DNA of 64,000 bases from Prorocentrum cordatum. Lineage: Eukaryota. Below, piece by piece: positions 40,883-53,083 of this stretch. The notes below the pieces were generated by a model. That model was not told the DNA's origin and made no database searches. It saw only the letters and a list, made by a program, of their open reading frames with translations. The position numbers were made by a program, and so were the translations under genes. The stretch is taken from positions 1 through 64,000 of the forward strand of contig CAUYUJ010000044.1 of the NCBI GenBank assembly GCA_963575745.1. Direction: 5' to 3'. Every line of letters begins with the position of its first letter. Position 1 is the first letter of the stretch.

Positions 40883-43800
40883 ATGCCGTGACCTGAGGTC
40901 CTCCGCCCATTTCGCCTGAGACATCCTCGGATTTCTGGGCTGGGAGATGCCGCGCACGAGGTGATCCAGCCAGTTTCGTTTGAGAGATCCCCTCAGCTCT
41001 GGGCACAGGGACACCGCGTGCGAGGAGGTCTGGCCAGGTTCGCCCGAGGCTTCCTCGCAACTACGAGCAGCCGCTGAGGAGTGGCTGAGGAGTACGAAGA
41101 GGAGTTCCACGAGCTCCAGCTTGCGACTGTGTCGGTTAATGTGTTTAAGATCTCTAGTTAGCAGTCGCTCTCCTTGCCTTCTCGGTTGAGCTGCAGGCCT
41201 TGGGCCACTTGCCGTCGAAGATATTCCTGAGAAAATCAACCCGATCACCCGTGGCATGCCCGATGCATTCACACCCGAGTTTCACAATCTGCTGAGCTGC
41301 GAAACCACCACACATGCCACAAAACCAGACATTCAAACCTGAGTGAAACTTTAATTGGTGACTATTATGAGCTCATCCGCCACATAAGGGCACCCGACGC
41401 CCATGGGGGATATCGACCTCAGAGTGGAAACGGCGAATCCAACCACTCGCGACGAGAAGCCTGGGAGGTCGAGCCCCGGCACTGCAAGCGCGAATTACCT
41501 GCCTCAGTCAACTGATGCTCCGTGGAAAAGGCTGCACAGGCACGAGGCTATCGGTCAACAGAGGGGGTTCCTTTGTGATGGCCCCCCCCCTCGGGGGCCA
41601 CGATCCTCGTGATGGGGTGGCACACGATGGCCCTGCAAGGCCCGAAAAAGGACGCGGAACCTCGTCACGCCTGCCCCCCGCCCAGGTCCAGGGGAGGGGG
41701 TAGGGGGAGGGGCAAACCCTTCCCCGAAGGGGAAGAAGGGGTTGTGGAGGAGGAGAGAGGCGCTCGTTAGACCACCTGTCGCCCAAAGGGCTGGTGGGAT
41801 CACCTTGCTCAGTCAACTGATGCTGCGTGGCGAAAGGGTTGCACAGACACGAGGATCAGGGGGCCTGGGTCCCGGGTGCCCAACCCTGGTTCGCTTGGTC
41901 TCCTCAAGGGACCAGGCCTGTTCGGCCTCTAAGGAGGAGGAGGAGGAGGAGGAGGAGGAGGAGGAGGAGGAGGAGGAGGAGGAGGAGGAGGAGGGGAAGA
42001 AGAGGAGGAGGAGGAGGAGGACGAGGAGGAGGAGGAGGAGGAGGAGGAGGAGGAAGAAGGTGCTCAGGAGGATCTGCATCCTAACTGAATGCGTACGCCT
42101 GATACTCTACTCGAGCCACTCGGGCCCTACCACATTCTGGCAACCTACGCACTTCTGCTCCTACTCCTGCGAGGTGGTCGGCGGCGGTGTTGCCGACGGC
42201 TGACAAGGGAGGAGATCGACCAGTCACTAAATCCTTGGCCTCCTGCTGTGAGCGGGCGAACACAACACAACACTGCAAGGACTGGCGTTCTCTGAGCTGA
42301 GCCCCAGGATTCCTGCATGCCGCAAGTCCCCGTCCACTCCTTTGGGGTTTCTGGGGCGGCCGGCGTGCCCTCCCTCACAAACGTTAAGCGCTGTCTGCCG
42401 CGTAGGTGATCTGCCCATCCCTTCAGTTTTTGAGGGCGCACCCCTAAGATTGTCATCGCCTTCTGGCGTGTCAATCTTAGGGATAGGGATAAGTTCGAGG
42501 CTGGTAAGAGCGGGCCTGTCCCTTGGAGGGCGGTGAGGCAGGACGAGAAGCTCGCTTCTCGCAACCGGTTGCCTGCTCCCAGGCAGGCCACCCCCATGCA
42601 GCCTTGTCTAACTGCATGGGCTCGCTCAAAAGCACGATAGACGCGAGTCCGACTCCCTCTCTTCTGAGCCGGGAGTCATGGGTGTCGCGCCCAACGCTTG
42701 CATCTCCGAAGGTGCACAGTGAGCGCTCTTCGTCGCCACAGCCTAAGGCTCCAGTGACAAACTCATTGAGCCCATGCCAGGCCTCCGTGTCCTGGGGCGG
42801 TGGCACCTGTACCCAGCTGGCAGGGATGAGCCCTCCCAGCCAGAAACATGGCTCGGACTCGTGCGAATCTGAGCCTTGGGCAGCAATTCGTTGCTCATGT
42901 CATACATTGGATTCGCGGTCTGTCCCGAGCATGCTGCCCAGCAGCGGTGGAAGCTGTCCTCGGGGACCCCCATGCACCTTGCACAGGTCTGGGACAGCTC
43001 CTGCTTCGCCCTCTCGGAGCGTCGCGTACGCGGCCAGGTTGCTCCTGCCGCTGCTGCTCGCAGCAAACTTGCCAGCTTGGCGCTATTCAAGCATCGCGTA
43101 GTTGCTGCGAGAGGACTCGATAAGACATGAAACAGACTCCACACCTCATGCCCCCTCCGTCGAAGCGCTTTGCTGCCTCTCTCCACTGACGAGCCTGGAC
43201 CGCAGCCTCGAATTCGCGAAGGAGTGCCTTCGGCACGTCGAGTGTCCTAACACCCGTCGGCTGACCCAGATCAAATTCCCATGCGCCGTATCGTCCATCT
43301 TCTGAAACTGGCCGTAGCCAGGTAGCGGGGCCGATGGGGTTCCGCCCTTCTTGCAATAGATCGCACACCACAGCGGGCTGAGGGCCCCTGATGTGACGAC
43401 TCCTTCGGGCTGGATCCAGGGCACGAAACTCTTGAACACAAGATTCCAAGTGCGATTGACTCCTGCCCTCCCAGCTGGAAGTCCAGCACCTCAACCAAAG
43501 CTGTAAGCACTTCCTGGGTATTTTCAGTGCATAACCTCGGCCAGGTGCACACAGATCAAGGAGAGTGGTGCAACATCTGCCAGATCATCGTGGTGCCACT
43601 GCGTCGAACATGTATGATCTCATCGTCTGCATTCGCCGACCGAAGACTCCGTGCAACTGGTGACCGTACGGTCCTGCCGCCAACGCTCCCTATTGTTCCA
43701 GCTCCAGCCTTGCCGTCAGTTTGTATATGCGGGCTGTCCCAGCAAACCTAGCTAGCTATCTTGCTGTGCGTGCTCATGTGCTTCTCGTCGCGTCCCAGTC

Positions 43801-44232
43801 GGCATGGCCCTGCGTGTAGCCGTCATCCTCCGAATTCTCCCCCGAGGTATGTTGCCTGCGCAGCCGCGTGGACAACGAAACCACGTTGCCTGACCTTACG
43901 AACCACCGCTCGAGCGTCCGCCAGCTTTGAACAGACGACCACGCTCTTGACCGCGATGGAGAGGCCCTGCTGCTGCATCTGCTCGAAAGTCGAAATGGGG
44001 CAAGCGGCAACAACTGAATGACTGCTTTCCGTGACCCTCATATGACCTGGCTCAAATAATCGATCTACAGCTTGTGGGATAACCTCAAATGTGAAGTCGT
44101 TATCTTCTGCACGATGAAAGGTGTCACTATCTTCGCAAATGTGGTGCCTGCTCGCAGCCCCTGAGCTGCCGATCGCGTCGGCGAAAACTCTGTCGAGCAG
44201 ACTCCAGACTACCGCGGGCACCTGGCAGCCAT

Positions 44233-44458
44233 GTGATCGTTTTTTGATTCATTGTTTTGCCGATCGGCGCGGGCCCCCCAACCCCCCCCTCCCCCCCCCC
44301 ATGGAGTAGCTCTTGGCTGTTTTTGGCGCCTGTTTCGAGCGGGTAGAGACTCCCCAGATGCAGCACTCTTGCAATCAGTCGCACTAAGCAGAGGTCTGGA
44401 GCCAGACCCCCTCCCCCACCCTTTCCGCCCAATGTCGAAACGCCGAAAAAACGCTCAC
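44233..44458. mobile_element. MITE family E, second copy
   Basis: Collinear with 40669-40882. Confidence 0.8.
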
Positions 44459-44701
44459 CACGCACATGAGCAGCTCGAGCCCCAGCACCTCCACTGGGAA
44501 GCCGAGCCTTGGGGCTGCCAGTCCCAGCCGCAGCCCACCGATCGCATCGTACAGTGGAGACCCATGCCAAGCAACACCCTGCTTTCCTCCAGGGTGCCCT
44601 GGATTTCTTGGCTTTTGATGGCTCTGTTACGGCAAGTGCGACGCTCTGTTACTGTTCGGTGGACGTCCTGGGGTCACAGGGTTGGGTTTCCTGTGGAAGT
44701 T

Positions 44702-44904
44702 TTAAGTCGGGCCTGTCCCCCTACAGGTGGATTTTGGACGGAAATTTTCGAATAATCAAACAAAATCCAAATTGTATAAAAAAACATCAAAAATCGTTCC
44801 CAGATTATTTGTTGACCATGTTTGACTTTTTTTGAATATTCCTCCTTTGAGCATTTTTGGGCTATTTTTGAATCTTCCTCCTGTAGAGGGACGTGCCCGA
44901 CTTA
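44702..44904. mobile_element. Family B MITE, intact, AT-rich interior
   Basis: ttaagtcgggcctgtccccctacagg / cctgtagagggacgtgcccgacttag. Confidence 0.85.
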
Positions 44905-46211
44905 GTGGAAGGTCTCCTGTGGGCTGGCCTCCGCTGCAGAAGCCGGCGGTGCCCGGCAGCACGTGGCCGCGGGCCGCTCCGAGCCGAGCGGCCAGCTCCT
45001 GGTTCGGGGGTGGACAGCCCTCCTACCCGGACACGTCGATTAGCGAATTGGCCGTTCTCGGTTCGCGAGAGGGCGTCGCGGCCGTCATTTTTGCGGGTCC
45101 AGGTCCGTCGGTTTCGGTCCCAGGCCGTATTCACTAAGGGGAGGTCTACTAAAGGGAGGTTTGTCCACCGCCGATTCGTCGACCACCTTGCGGAACGCCC
45201 CCCGGATGGCGGCGTTCCTCCGGGTCGCTGCGCTCCAGGGCGCCTCGCAGTCCTCGTTCCAGCTCTGGGCCCATTCGAAGGGGAAAGAACGCCTCGTAAG
45301 CATAAGCTTTTGGCGCTCCGCGGCGGTTCCTTGGGTCCGCGCTGGGCCCCCCCAGCGGCGCCTCTGGTGCCGCCCCTGGCGCGCTCCGCGCACTAGGGAG
45401 GGTGGCCCAGCGCGGATCCAAGAAATCCGCGCGGAAAGCCAAAAGTTGCTGTTTATAGCGTTTGTTCTTCCTCTACCCAAGGCTCACCTGCCTTCGACCA
45501 CAAGCGTGAGCTGTGTGGCGATACACCGAGAACCCTGTCGCCGTTCAGCTTCTTCGGCAGCAGGGCGCCGATGGTCAATAGCAGCTGGTGTGGCCAGCAC
45601 TGGGAGGATCGCCAGCTCGTCGAGCGCAACCGTGGGAAGCCGATCCATGTCCATCGCTGTGAGTCAACGCCCATGTCCTGGCAGTGGGCTTGAGCGCTCG
45701 TACAGCCTCCTTGCGGTGTGCTCCCGTCAAGGCAGGGAGCCGCTCTTCCTGAGCTCGAACCCGTATCCGACCGAACAAGTCGCGCAAGTCCGAGCTGTTA
45801 TCCTGCAGCGGAGGGCTCCAGACTGTCTCCCAATGAGCCCGCTTCGCCTCCAAGATGTCCTTCGGGTGCTGGATGGTTGCGTTCTCCTTCTCACGCACTG
45901 CTGGGGCAACGGGTTGTTCCTTGATCGACCTGTGCAAACAAGAAACTGCCGCCCGCGTCTCCATCCACTTTCTCTGCCGCCCACGTGCTTGGCTCCGTTT
46001 AGCAAATCGCTCACCCTGGCTCGAGGCTGCCTTCATCTTCTACTCATTGCGCCCTTGTAGGTTGGACAAGATCACCAGCCATCCGTGCCACGAGAACTGA
46101 TCACCTGGCCGTGCACACCGATATCCTTGCTAGGTTGCTGGCACACGTAGACTGGCTCCCGCTGCAGCCAACGCCGCTCGTTGCTTAACTAGGGGAGCGC
46201 ACAACGACATG

Positions 46212-46365
46212 AACATAACAACTCGGAGGTCCGCGCGAATTTCGCGGATCGGCGCTGGGGCCCCCTGGCGGCGCCTCCGGCGCCGCCCCTGGCGCGCTCC
46301 GCGCGCCAGGGAGGGGGTCCAGCGCGGATCCAAGAGATCCGCGCGGACCTCCGAGTTTTTATGTT
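46212..46365. mobile_element. ~155-bp MITE family F
   Basis: TIR aacataacaactcggaggtccgcgcg / cgcgcggacctccgagtttttatgtt; relatives at ~45298-45455 and ~29670-29800. Confidence 0.8.
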
Positions 46366-46538
46366 TGTGCCATTTTTCGTTCCCCTATTGATCCCCTTTG
46401 TTGCGACTCCGATGTCGATAAGACCGTGAAGCCCCTGTGCGGGCGCGTGTCCGCCGACCGCGGGCGCGATCCCTCGGCGCCGCCGCGCGTGACGGCATGG
46501 CCTCCAGAACAGCGTCGGCACGGAACTTGGGCGCGTCA

Positions 46539-46667
46539 GCTCTGTAAGAACGGTTTTTTGAAGGCAGATCTGCCTTCAATGTAAGAACGGTTTTTTGAAG
46601 GCAGATCTGCCTTCAAACATTTTTTTTTGAAGGCAGATCTGCCTTCAAAAAACCGTTCTCACAGAGC
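46539..46667. repeat. Foldback with three copies of the palindrome TTGAAGGCAGATCTGCCTTCAA
   Basis: Outer arms gctctgtaagaacggtttttt / aaaaaaccgttctcacagagc. Confidence 0.9.
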
Positions 46668-47562
46668 GCCCAAGGGGAGCTCGGGAGTTCGCGCATTGAA
46701 GCCGCGCAAGAGGTCACACTGGCTCGAGCAGGCCCGAGAGGCCACGGAGGCAGCGCCAGCATCCGCAGGGGGACGGCCCCCCGACGGGGCAAAGCCGATG
46801 GCGCTCCTTGGGCTCCCGCCGTCAGATCTGGACTGGTGAGCCAGCAGTCCACCTGGGAGTCCCTGGGGTTTGCAGATCTGCTGTGGGCTCCGGCCAGTGC
46901 CGCCGATCCAGGGGGCTCCGGATTCGGTGATCTTCGCGGCTCTGTGGCCTCCTCCCTCCTCGATTCTTCCGGTCTTCTTTCTTCCCCTCTGGGGAGCCAG
47001 CAGTCACCTGGGAGTCTTTGGGGTTGCAGATTTAGGTTGTGGGCTCCTCATCTGCGTCCCCCTCCTGCTCGAAGGCTCTCGCTGGGCCTTGGAGACGACT
47101 CCTAAACACCTCTTCCCCCTCCGTCAACATCGAGGTCTTCAGGATCTTCTGGTCCACCTTCAACCGAAGCTACATAATCTCCTCCTACGAAGTGGTGACC
47201 GCATAGCCTTGAATAAGTCTTCCGTGCCAATAACACCTGCGAAAGCCCAGAAGTCCCGCTCGATCTGGAACGCCAATGGGGGTGCACAACTACGTAGTTG
47301 TCCTGCAGGGTCGAGGGAAGGAGGTCTGTTTTCAATCTGCCCCCAAATCGAGGCGATCACCTGCTGGTGCGCGACAGCGTCCCGGGTCATCTGCTGCACC
47401 CATCCGAAGCGCCTGGCCGCCTGCTCGAGACGGGTCGGGAGCGGGCGCCCGTTCTGCCTGAGCGTCGAATTCGAAGACGAATATGGGTGCTCGCCTGACC
47501 AGCCCGTGGCTTTCCCACGCTCCAGTACTGAGGAGGATGCAGAGCGATGATCGAGGAGGAGG

Positions 47563-48515
47563 AGGATTGTGCTAGGATTGTGTTACTTAGGTCTGGACCC
47601 TGATGGAAGGCACAGGGCCCGACTGCTTCGCCGTGCAAGTGTCAACTTACATTGGCTTCTCCGTTGTCGGATGGCGGCCCTCCCACAAACGCGTCAGTCT
47701 ACCCTTGGCCGTCCGAGCTCTGGCGGGCTTACAGGAAGAACGGCGCTTGCAAAATACAGCATTGGGTCGAAACACAAGGTGGTGTCCAAACCCTCATGCC
47801 TTACTGATACGGGCCTGACGGACATCGGATCCAACATACTCTGGTCCCGATGGCCCGCTCGAAGCCTGAGTCGTGGCCTGGGGGTCCCTACGGTCCCTGG
47901 TGCTCACACTCGGGGGAGGAGGAGGAGGCAGCGCAGGAGGAGGAGGACGCGGAGGAGGAGGAGGAGGAGGAGGAGGAGGAGGAGGAGGAGGAGGAGGAGG
48001 AGGAGGAGGAGGAGGAGGAGGAGGAGGAGGAGAGGAGGAGGAGGAACGAGGAGAGGAGGAGGAGGAGCGGGAGGATGAGGAGGAGAAGGATGATAATGAG
48101 GAGGAAGAGGAGTTGGAGGAGGAGGAGGAGGAGGAGGAGGAGGAGGTGGAGGAGGAGGAGGCGGATTGTGCTAGGATTGTGCTACTTAGGTCTGGACCCC
48201 GATGGAAGGCACAGGGCCCGACTGCTTCGTCGTGCAAGTGTAAACTTATACTGGCTTCTCTGTTGTCGGATGGCGGCCCTCCCACAAACGCGTCAGTCTA
48301 GCCTTGGCCGTCCGAGCTCTGGCGGGCTTACAGGAAGAACGGCGCTTGCAAAATACAACATTGGGTCGAAGCACAAGGTGGTGTCCAAACCCTCGTGCCT
48401 TACTGATACGGTCCTGACGGACATCGGATCCAACATACTCTGGTCCCGATGGCCCGCTCGAGACCCGAGTAGTGGCCTGGGGGTCCCTACGGTCCCTGGT
48501 GCTCAGAATCGGGGG
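47563..48515. repeat. Tandem duplication of a ~350-bp unique unit (period ~600 bp) separated by (GAG)n
   Basis: ggattgtgctaggattgtg...ggtccctacggtccctggtgctca at 47563-47910 and 48163-48510, highly similar. Confidence 0.95.
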
Positions 48516-50846
48516 AGGAGGAGGCAGAGGAGGAGGACGAGGAGGAGGAGGAGGAGGAGGAGGAGGAGGAGGAGGAGGAGGAGGAGGAGGAGGAGGAGGA
48601 TGAGCGAGGAGCGAGGAGCGAGGAGCGAGGAGAGGAGGAGGTGCGAGGAGGATGAGGAGGATAATGAGGAGTCGGTGGAGGAGGAAGAAGAGGAGGAGGA
48701 ATAATGATAGCACGAAACATAACCATGACAGTACTAGTAATGATGAGAAGAAGCATACGACTGATAATCGTCATACTCATGAGAAGAAGACTAAGAGGAG
48801 GATGAGGAGGAGGAGGCGGAGGAGGAGGAGGAGGAGGGGAGGAGAGGAGGAGGAGGAGGAGGAGGAGGAGGAGGAGAGCAGGGAGCAGGAGGAGCAGCAG
48901 GATCGCGAGGTTCGATGACGAGCGAGGAGGAGCGAGGAGGAGGAGGAGGAGAGGAGGAGGAGGAGGAGGAGGAGGAGGAGGAGGAGGAGGAGGAGGAGGA
49001 GGAGGAGGAGGAGGAGAGGAGGAGGAGGAGGAGGAGGAGGAGGAGGAGGAGGAGGAGGAGGAGGAGGAGGAGGAGCAGCGAGACTCGAGGAGCGAGAAGG
49101 AGGAAGAGGAGGAGGATCAAGGAGCGAGGAGCGAGGAGAGATGAGCGAGGAGCGAGGAGCGAGGAGCGAGGAAGGAGGGGCGATGAGCGAGGAGCGAGGA
49201 AGGAGGGGCGATGCACGAGGAGCGAGGAGGAGGAGGAGGAGGACCAGGGTAAACCCAAGACTCATCTGCCGTACTGCAAGGCACCCTTCCTCGAAATTTT
49301 CTCTTCGTGGGCTCCTGCAAGGGTTCACTTTCACTGAAGGGAAGTGACCCGTTGGAGGACAGCCGTTCGAGAACCCTGAGCTGTGTCGGAACGCCATTCC
49401 TGGGACGTCGGCGCCGCGAGGCACCGCCACTGCTGCGCCCGGACGACCCCGAATCGTGCCGGAACGCCATTCTTTGGACCTCAACATCTCGGATCAACGT
49501 ACAGTCGGGGCCCTGAAGAAGGAACCCTTTTCGTTGGGGAGGGGCTCCGTGTTCCTTAGTTGTTTCGCAGTTTGCCTTGGATTTTCCTTAGGTTTTCGAT
49601 GGGACATCGAAGTTCAACGTGTGGAGAAAAGGGGCATCGTTCCTTACTTAGGGTTCCTTAGGTCAACGCCCCGACTGTATTCCTTGGACCTCAACATCTC
49701 GGATCAACGTAACTATTGCACCCTGAAGGTCTGACATCGTACCAAAAACACATTGGACTTTCGCCACACCGCCGGCCCCTTGGGGATCGGGCGGTCGTGG
49801 TGTGTTGCTTCTGAGGGCCTCTTGGGCACCTTGCGGAGGCTTCTCGGTGCACTTTCGGGCGCTGCGTGGGGGCCACTCGGGGGCCTCTTGGAGCTTCTTG
49901 GAGCTTCTTGGAGGCCGCCTGTGGGGCTGTGTGGGGGCCCTCTTTGTTTGTTTAGAGGCCTTCTAAGAGCCTTCTTGGGCCGTCGCGGAGCGTCGGGAAA
50001 CCGAAAAGGCGAGAACGCTAAAATCTGGCAAAAACGGAATCAAAATCAATGAAGGTTGCCTCGTGGGCCCTCTTGGGAGGGCTCTGGGAGGTCTCTAGGG
50101 GCGTTTTGGGGGCGTCTCGGGCTGTTCGGAGGCGATTTGGCCGTCCTGGAGGAGCTTTCGGCGTCTGGGGGCCCTCTTGGACTGTCTTGGGAGCCTTTTG
50201 GGCCCTCTGGGCTCGTTGTGCGGGCCTCTATCCTCCCATGGTGCGTTGGGGCCAGGCCCGTGGGATCCGGGCGGACCCCCCTCTCTCCAAATCGACCGGA
50301 CTAGGGTATGGAGGTATGGATCGGGAGAGGGGAACGCATCTCACACGCTGAGGACATTCCAAGGGGTCGGGGGATTTTGCCACCACGTTCACATTGCAGT
50401 GTTCTGAGAGGGATGGTGGGCCTGCGCACACGAGGTAATCTGATGCCCCCCTGCCGTCGTGAAACAGGCCAATGCACAGTGAGGGCGGGATGCCGGAAGA
50501 TGATACAGGTCATTCCGCAGAATGCCTTTTGTCCAGTATTTATCGTTATGACCAGGATGGTTGGGGGGGTGTCTTTGTCTTTGACTCGGGTCGGCCGTCT
50601 GTCGAGTGGGCGGGTGTCAATGAATACGGAGTAGGGGCACATCACTTTCCGAAGGGGCAGAAGCGGTTTGGAAGATAGGCTCCCTTGACCCCCCGACGCC
50701 CAGATGTCTGGTGGGATTCTGCTTGCGGGCGTAGTTGTTGGTTTCGTGCAGGCCGCGAGAGGGCCTTCGTCGCAGGAGCTAAACTCGGTTTGAAAGCTTT
50801 GTCGGGATGATTCCCAGAAGAAGCTTGTCGGGGAGGTGGCTGAAGG

Positions 50847-51023
50847 CCACCAACTACCAAACCACCCCAACCCAACCCGAAGGCCTCAATTTGCCTTCCA
50901 TTTCCAGTGGGGGGGGGTCGGGGAACGTTGAAAAAACACATGGTATCCGTACCCCCCCCCAACCCGAAATTCGGGTCAAATTCGGGTCTTCGGGTTGGGT
51001 TGGGGTGGTCTGGTAGGTAGTCA
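50847..51023. mobile_element. Family D TIR element, longer copy, 5-bp TSD GAAGG
   Basis: gaagg|ccaccaactaccaaaccaccccaacccaacccgaag...cttcgggttgggttggggtggtctggtaggtagtca|gaagg. Confidence 0.85.
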
Positions 51024-51404
51024 GAAGGGGACATGCAGTAGGTTGAAGAGAACCCACGAGTACCAACAGCGGGCATATGTCGAAATACCAGACGCATGAT
51101 TATCGAAGACGCCTGCGACGAATCGCCGCCGCCCCCTACGTATGTGTGTGGCCGAGCGTTGTGGCAAGAGTTCTGCCAAGCTATCGGACCATATGTTCCC
51201 CCAACCGTTGCGGAAACCCTTCGGGGAACATTTGGAGGAGCATGGCGGCGGGGAAGATCAGGAGGAGGAGGAGGAGGCGGAGGAGGAGTTGGAAGAGGAG
51301 GAGGAGGAGGAGGAGGAGGAGGCGGAGGAGGAGAGGAGGAAGAGGAGGAGCAGGATGAGGTGGAGGCCGAGGAGGAGGAGGAGGAGGAGGAGGAGGAGGA
51401 GGAG

Positions 51405-51731
51405 CTCTTCCGATTCCACTGGAATCTGTAGGGGAGAATCCCTAAACTTCGGAGTTTAGTGTTCGAAGCTCTTGGTGGCCTCTCAGGAGGTTCTGCGTGG
51501 CCCCTCCAGAGGCTCTTGGTGGCCTTTCACAAGGTTTTCGGTGTCCCCTCCAGAGGCTCTTGGTGGCCTTTCAAAAGGTTATTGGTGGCCCCTCCAGAGG
51601 CTCTTGGTGGCCTTTCAAAAGGTTTTTGGTGGCCCCTCAGGAGGTTCTTGGTGGCCCATCCGGAGGTTCTTGGTGGCCCCTCCGGAGGCTCAGAGTCTTG
51701 GCGGCCCCTTGGTCCTTGATGATGGTGACGA
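51405..51731. repeat. ~325-bp dispersed repeat (CCCTAAAC..GAGTTTAG hairpin followed by CTTGGTGGCCCC units)
   Basis: Direct copy at 54751-55078; related start at ~63890. Confidence 0.85.
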
Positions 51732-51796
51732 GTCCCTGAAGGAGAATTCTATTGATACGGGAGACTCGAAGGGAGTTGAGGACACCCCACTTCGCA

Positions 51797-51817
51797 CCTC
51801 GGCCATTTTGGCTCATA
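51797..51817 (+). promoter_or_regulatory. Relic dinoflagellate spliced leader
   Basis: CCTCGGCCATTTTGGCTCATA versus DinoSL CCGTAGCCATTTTGGCTCAAG; perfect 14-nt core at 51802-51815. Confidence 0.85.
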
Positions 51818-51845
51818 TAGACGTGATTCGTCAAGCTTCCTTGAA

Positions 51846-51859
51846 GGCATTTTTGCTCA
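51846..51859 (+). promoter_or_regulatory. Second, older relic spliced leader
   Basis: GGCATTTTTGCTCA, 12/14 match to the SL core, ending ~42 nt upstream of the ATG. Confidence 0.55.
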
Positions 51860-51901
51860 CACTGCTTCGAATACTGCAACACTCGTGATCTCCTCTCCGG
51901 C

Positions 51902-53083
51902 ATGAAGGTCATGTATGCATGTTGCTTGACCGTTGTTCTGGTCGGAATCCACCCTGGCGCTGCGCTCGTGCTAGGAGGCGAGAAACCGGTGGCGCAGCTG
52001 ACGAAGTCCAGAGAGGGTGTCAGTGACAATTCGTCTGTGGCAACTTGGTACTCGTACAGAAAATGCCAAGGTACTTCACTATCGTGCAATTTGGATTCCA
52101 CATGGCCAAGCTGGTCAGGGTGCCCAGGTATCAGTCCCTGGTCAAATCGTTGCCACCAGGCCACCCTCGCCATCGCCCAGTCTATATGCAGTGCAAATGC
52201 GAATTGCATGGGCATAACGCGCGACGGGGCAGGATACGAGCCTAGGACAGGTCCTGGACCCTACTACCATACGGCAGCGCTCGAAATGTGGATCAAATAC
52301 ACCCCCGCCCCGACGCCCTACCCGACGCCAGACCCGACGCCCTATCCGACGCCCTACCCGACGCCGTACCCGACGCCCGCCCCGACGCCGTACCCGACGC
52401 CCTACCCGACGCCCTACCCGACGCCCAACCCGACGCCCAACCCAACGCCCAACCCGACGCCCTACCCAACGCCCTACCCGACGGCATACCCGACGGCCTT
52501 TCCGACGTCCTTCCCCACGTTCAGCCCGACGCCGAGCCCGACATTTCTTCAGGGCTGGCCGACGCCTCACCCGACATTTCTTTCTGGAGCTCCCATGGCG
52601 GGCGGAGCCGGCGGTGTGGCTGCCACTGGCGATCCCCACCTGCAAAATGTCTTTGGTCAGCGATTTGATTTGATGAAGCCGGGCAAGTATCTTCTGGTAA
52701 ACATCCCTCGTGGAAGGCAGACACGGGTATTGCTTCGCGTTGAGGCGGATGCGCGCCAATTGGCTGGACCGTGTGCGGATATGTATTTCGAGGAGTTGAA
52801 TGTTACAGGGGCTTGGGCAGAGGCAGAACACGCTGGAGGGTATCACTACGTTGCGTCGCAACCTATTGTCGGGACTCAAGGATGGGTTGCCTTCGGTAAG
52901 GTTGAGCTGAAGGTTGTTCATGGACGCACGCAAAGTGGGCTCCCATACCTGAACTTCTACGTCAAGCACTTAGGGCGAACCGGTTATGCAGTCGGAGGCC
53001 TGCTAGGAGAAGACGATCACGGAGACGTAACCATTCCTGAGGCGGGGTGTAAAGGGCATGTGTCCCTTTCGGAATCCAAGTAG
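51902..53083 (+). CDS. Secreted/cell-surface protein, 393 aa: signal peptide, Cys-rich domain, (PTPY/PTPN) stalk, GDPH vWD-like domain; intronless
   Basis: Intact ORF; hydrophobic N-terminus; paired cysteines; 12-bp PT repeats at 52300-52575; [17 protein letters not shown]...[10 protein letters not shown]-terminal domain. Confidence 0.9.
   Translation: MKVMYACCLTVVLVGIHPGAALVLGGEKPVAQLTKSREGVSDNSSVATWYSYRKCQGTSLSCNLDSTWPSWSGCPGISPWSNRCHQATLAIAQSICSANANCMGITRDGAGYEPRTGPGPYYHTAALEMWIKYTPAPTPYPTPDPTPYPTPYPTPYPTPAPTPYPTPYPTPYPTPNPTPNPTPNPTPYPTPYPTAYPTAFPTSFPTFSPTPSPTFLQGWPTPHPTFLSGAPMAGGAGGVAATGDPHLQNVFGQRFDLMKPGKYLLVNIPRGRQTRVLLRVEADARQLAGPCADMYFEELNVTGAWAEAEHAGGYHYVASQPIVGTQGWVAFGKVELKVVHGRTQSGLPYLNFYVKHLGRTGYAVGGLLGEDDHGDVTIPEAGCKGHVSLSESK

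Larger units (their letters stand above)
40940..46130 (-). mobile_element. Fragmented non-LTR retrotransposon (LINE) ORF2: RT, Cys/His knuckle and RNase H
   Basis: Collinear minus-strand motifs: HWETVW, WPHQLLLTIGALLPKKLNGDRVLGVSP..RLWSK (45470-46000); LYDAI...LGFPVEVL (44470-44560); GLSIAVKS...YLGG (43830-43980); CARC..PEDSFHRCW (42930-42990); FGDASVGRDTHDSRLRR.GVG (42650-42715). Confidence 0.8.

Noticed and set aside
52142..52969. 275-aa antisense ORF
   Set aside because: It is the shadow of the + strand gene.
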